Positions 61,678 through 64,000 of a DNA stretch of 64,000 bases are shown piece by piece. Under the pieces are notes generated by a model. The model was given only the letters and a program-made list of their open reading frames with translations. It was not told the origin of the DNA and ran no database searches. This stretch comes from an uncultured delta proteobacterium (GTDB lineage: Bacteria > Desulfobacterota > Binatia > UBA9968): positions 1-64,000 of the forward strand of contig CAWJZV010000025.1 in NCBI GenBank assembly GCA_963847445.1. The letters are read 5' to 3'. Within the stretch, counting starts at the first letter, position 1. Every line of letters begins with the position of its first letter. Both the position numbers and the translations under genes were made by a program.

Positions 61678-61755
61678 GTTCAAAAGTTCAAACGTTTAAC
61701 CGTTCAAGGTCAGACTCCGGGACGTTGAACTTTTGAACGGTTGAACTTTGAACGG
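61678..61755. repeat. Inverted repeat of ~8-nt units (GTTCAAnn / nnTTGAAC)
   Basis: gttcaaaagttcaaacgtttaaccgttcaa ... ttgaacttttgaacggttgaactttgaac; degenerate copy at 59163-59219. Confidence 0.8.
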
Positions 61756-61761
61756 TTATTG

Positions 61762-63234
61762 TCAAGTCCGGTTCGGTTTACCGATGAAGCCCGGGCCAAA
61801 GCCGGCTTCGTGCGCCGCCCAGGCGCCGGCGACGCGGCCGCTGAAGATCGATGGGCCGAGCATGGTGCCTTCGAGGCCGGCTTTGCCGTTGATGTGGCCG
61901 CCGGCCATGCCGGCGACCTCGCCGGCGGCGTAGAGTCCTGGGATCGGTTCGAAAAATTTATTCAGCGCGCGGCAGCGCAGATCGGTTTTGGCGCCGCCGA
62001 AATTTTTCCGCGCCAGCGGGCAAATCTGAATCGCGTAGTAGGGCGGCGTGTCGAACTTCTTCGAACCCTTGAGCGACTTGCCGAATCTGGATTCATTTTC
62101 CAATTTCCCATCGAAGCATTGATTGTAGGCTTCGACCTCGCCAAGAAAATTCTTCACGTCGTCGAAGCGGCACTGCTTGCCCAGCTCTTCGAGACTATCG
62201 GCCTTCTTGATGAACGGCGAATTGTTGAGCAGCTCTTCCACCTTCGCTCGGTCGATGACATCGCCGCGGCGATAGTACGGGTCGGCGACGTCGATCTTCG
62301 CCAGCATCGGCGTGTCGGCGATGGCCCAGGCGTGGGGCGGCGTTTGCGCGAGCAGCGCGGGCGTCGCCGAGGCGCCGCCGGTGCGCGACTCGTTGTGAAA
62401 GCGCCGGCCCTGCTGGTTGAACCAGATGTAGCCGGGCACCATGCGGAAAACCAAGCCGCGGCGCTGCTGCGGGTCGCGGTAATCCGGCGTGGCGTAGACG
62501 TAGAACCAGATGCAGTCCATATGCGTGAAGTAGCCGCCGAGCTCGCCGATCATCTTGTGGCCTTCACCCTTGGCGCCGAAGCCGGAGCCTTCCATGACGC
62601 GGAAGTTTTTGAACTCGGGGCGATGTTCCAGGACCATTTCGAGATTGGAATTGAAACCGCCAGTGGCAACGACCACGGTTTTGCTGTGGATGTCGATGGC
62701 TTCACTACCTTTCGCAGCGGTGAGACCGGCGACGCGGCCATCTTTCGTGATCAGTTTGCCGGCTTTGGTCGACGTCATGATCGTGATGTTGGGAATCGAT
62801 GCGGCGGTTTCGATCAGCGCGGTCATGAGACCCAAGCCGTTGTTGTCCGGACGGTGCCAGCGCAAGACGCGGTTGCCTTCCTGGAATTTCATGTCGACCC
62901 ATTTGACGCCGCAGCTCTCGGCCCAGTGATAGAGATCGTGCAAGCTATGCTCGAGATAGTAGCGCGCCCAGATTTCGTCAGCCTGGCCGCCGCCCCACTT
63001 GACCCAATCCTCGAACGCCATGTCCGGCGTATCGTCGATGCCTTGGGATTTTTGCAGCGGCGTGCCGACGATGCAGCAGCCGCCGCCGGAGATCGCCGCC
63101 GTGCCGCCGCATTCCGCCGCTCCTTCCAGAACCAGCGCTTTGCCGCCGGCGCGGGCGACTTCGATGGCTGCCGGTATACCCGCGCCGCCGCCGCCGATGA
63201 TCGCCACATCCGTTTCGATAATCGAATTAGCCAT
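61762..63234 (-). CDS. FAD-dependent oxidoreductase (flavocytochrome c/fumarate reductase/KstD superfamily)
   Basis: IIGGGGAG, GGTAAISGG, VVVATGGF, GRRFHNE, IPGLYAAGE. Confidence 0.9.
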   Translation of the reverse strand: MANSIIETDVAIIGGGGAGIPAAIEVARAGGKALVLEGAAECGGTAAISGGGCCIVGTPLQKSQGIDDTPDMAFEDWVKWGGGQADEIWARYYLEHSLHDLYHWAESCGVKWVDMKFQEGNRVLRWHRPDNNGLGLMTALIETAASIPNITIMTSTKAGKLITKDGRVAGLTAAKGSEAIDIHSKTVVVATGGFNSNLEMVLEHRPEFKNFRVMEGSGFGAKGEGHKMIGELGGYFTHMDCIWFYVYATPDYRDPQQRRGLVFRMVPGYIWFNQQGRRFHNESRTGGASATPALLAQTPPHAWAIADTPMLAKIDVADPYYRRGDVIDRAKVEELLNNSPFIKKADSLEELGKQCRFDDVKNFLGEVEAYNQCFDGKLENESRFGKSLKGSKKFDTPPYYAIQICPLARKNFGGAKTDLRCRALNKFFEPIPGLYAAGEVAGMAGGHINGKAGLEGTMLGPSIFSGRVAGAWAAHEAGFGPGFIGKPNRT

Positions 63235-63543
63235 GAAAAACTCCCTGTAGAACGAAATCGATGGTTGACGGTTTACCACCGTTGTCTGGACGGGGTCAAA
63301 TTAGGATACGGAGGAAAAGCCGCAGAGGACGCGAATGAGCGCAAAAAAGATTCTGGACTGCCGGGGTAAGTTTAAGACCCGCCCTCTGGGCCATTGCTAA
63401 CCGGCGTTTGGCTGTGACGCTGTCACGCCAGTTTGACACGCATGGCTCGACTATGGACCCAGGCTGGCAGTCTAGTTTCTCCCTAGAGCAAAGGATGTAC
63501 CGAGCTTTACCTCAATTTACCACTGCTTGCCAATTTGAATGGC

Positions 63544-63559
63544 TGGCATACGCATTGCG
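63544..63559 (+). promoter_or_regulatory. Putative sigma54 promoter with upstream palindrome
   Basis: TGGCAT-ACGCA-TTGCG; TGTCA-N8-TGACA at 63421-63438. Confidence 0.55.
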
Positions 63560-63601
63560 CCGTTGCAAGGCTGTCCAACCAAAAAGGAGGAACAGACTTA
63601 T

Positions 63602-64000
63602 ATGGATTTAAGACCCAAACAAAAATTCTTTAGCGCAGCCATCGGGTTGATGATGCTGTCGCTAACAACTTCGGCTGCGATGGCGGCGCAGGTGACCGGA
63701 GCGATCTTTACCACGCTGGTCGACGGCAGTTCGGTGAACCACAATATTTATAACGCCAAGCAGGATGTTTACTCTGAACGGCGGACCGAATTCTGCCAAC
63801 GCTCCATGTACGGCGGCGGGACTGCCGAATGGGGATTATTACTTTCAAGTGACCGATCCATCCGGGAAAGATGCTTCTGTTCAGACGGCCGACTCGAGCA
63901 GCGAAGGCGTGATGGTGCAGGGCGGTGTATCATCGACACTCACCAGTTGTCTCGGCACATGATCCATGGAGATTGGCAATGCGTCGGCAAATGCGCAGTA
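63602..64000 (+). CDS. Secreted protein, N-terminal part (frameshifted, probably runs off the window)
   Basis: AGGAGG RBS; signal peptide MDLRPKQKFF...AAMAA, GAIFTT..DGSSVNHNIY..KQDV, then LNGGP...GLPNGDYYFQVTDPSGK. Confidence 0.7.
   Translation, partial: MDLRPKQKFFSAAIGLMMLSLTTSAAMAAQVTGAIFTTLVDGSSVNHNIYNAKQDVYSERRTEFCQRSMYGGGTAEWGLLLSSDRSIRERCFCSDGRLEQRRRDGAGRCIIDTHQLSRHMIHGDWQCVGKCAV

Noticed and set aside
6479-61755. Short repeats as a CRISPR array
   Set aside because: Units are 7-9 nt without unique spacers, they are dispersed, and no cas genes are present.
61741-63369. 542-aa ORF on the + strand
   Set aside because: Antisense shadow of the FAD oxidoreductase, which has clear motifs; typical of high-GC DNA.

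Overview
GC-rich bacterial chromosomal DNA. The gene content (many stand-alone solute-binding proteins, amidohydrolases, LLM oxidoreductases and class II aldolases) resembles uncultured soil Binatia/Deltaproteobacteria; this assignment is an inference. About 50 CDS are present and I saw no rRNA, tRNA, CRISPR array or transposase. Many genes in roughly the first 29 kb, and the last gene, are split by frameshifts, probably long-read consensus errors. Genes from about 29.2 to 63.3 kb are intact. Main highlights: (1) A divergent glycine/sarcosine/betaine-reductase component B pair (GrdE-like + GrdB-like). It has an in-frame TGA at the selenocysteine position and a perfect 17-nt SECIS-like hairpin 11 nt downstream. 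The usual UxxCxxC motif is UxxSxxS, and no grdA/C/D lies in the window. (2) Several families of intergenic palindromes built from 7-9-nt tandem units, plus REP-like elements. (3) A signalling block with a REC/pseudo-HPt protein, two paralogous hybrid kinases and a remnant third copy, with sigma54-type promoters. (4) An enamidase-like + LLM reductase pair. (5) A chimeric OCD/ORF6N remnant. The remainder includes a DUF433/DUF5615 TA pair, a Rieske dioxygenase, an Mla/MCE-type ABC operon, nth, gloA, a PA0069 radical SAM protein and a molybdopterin oxidoreductase.
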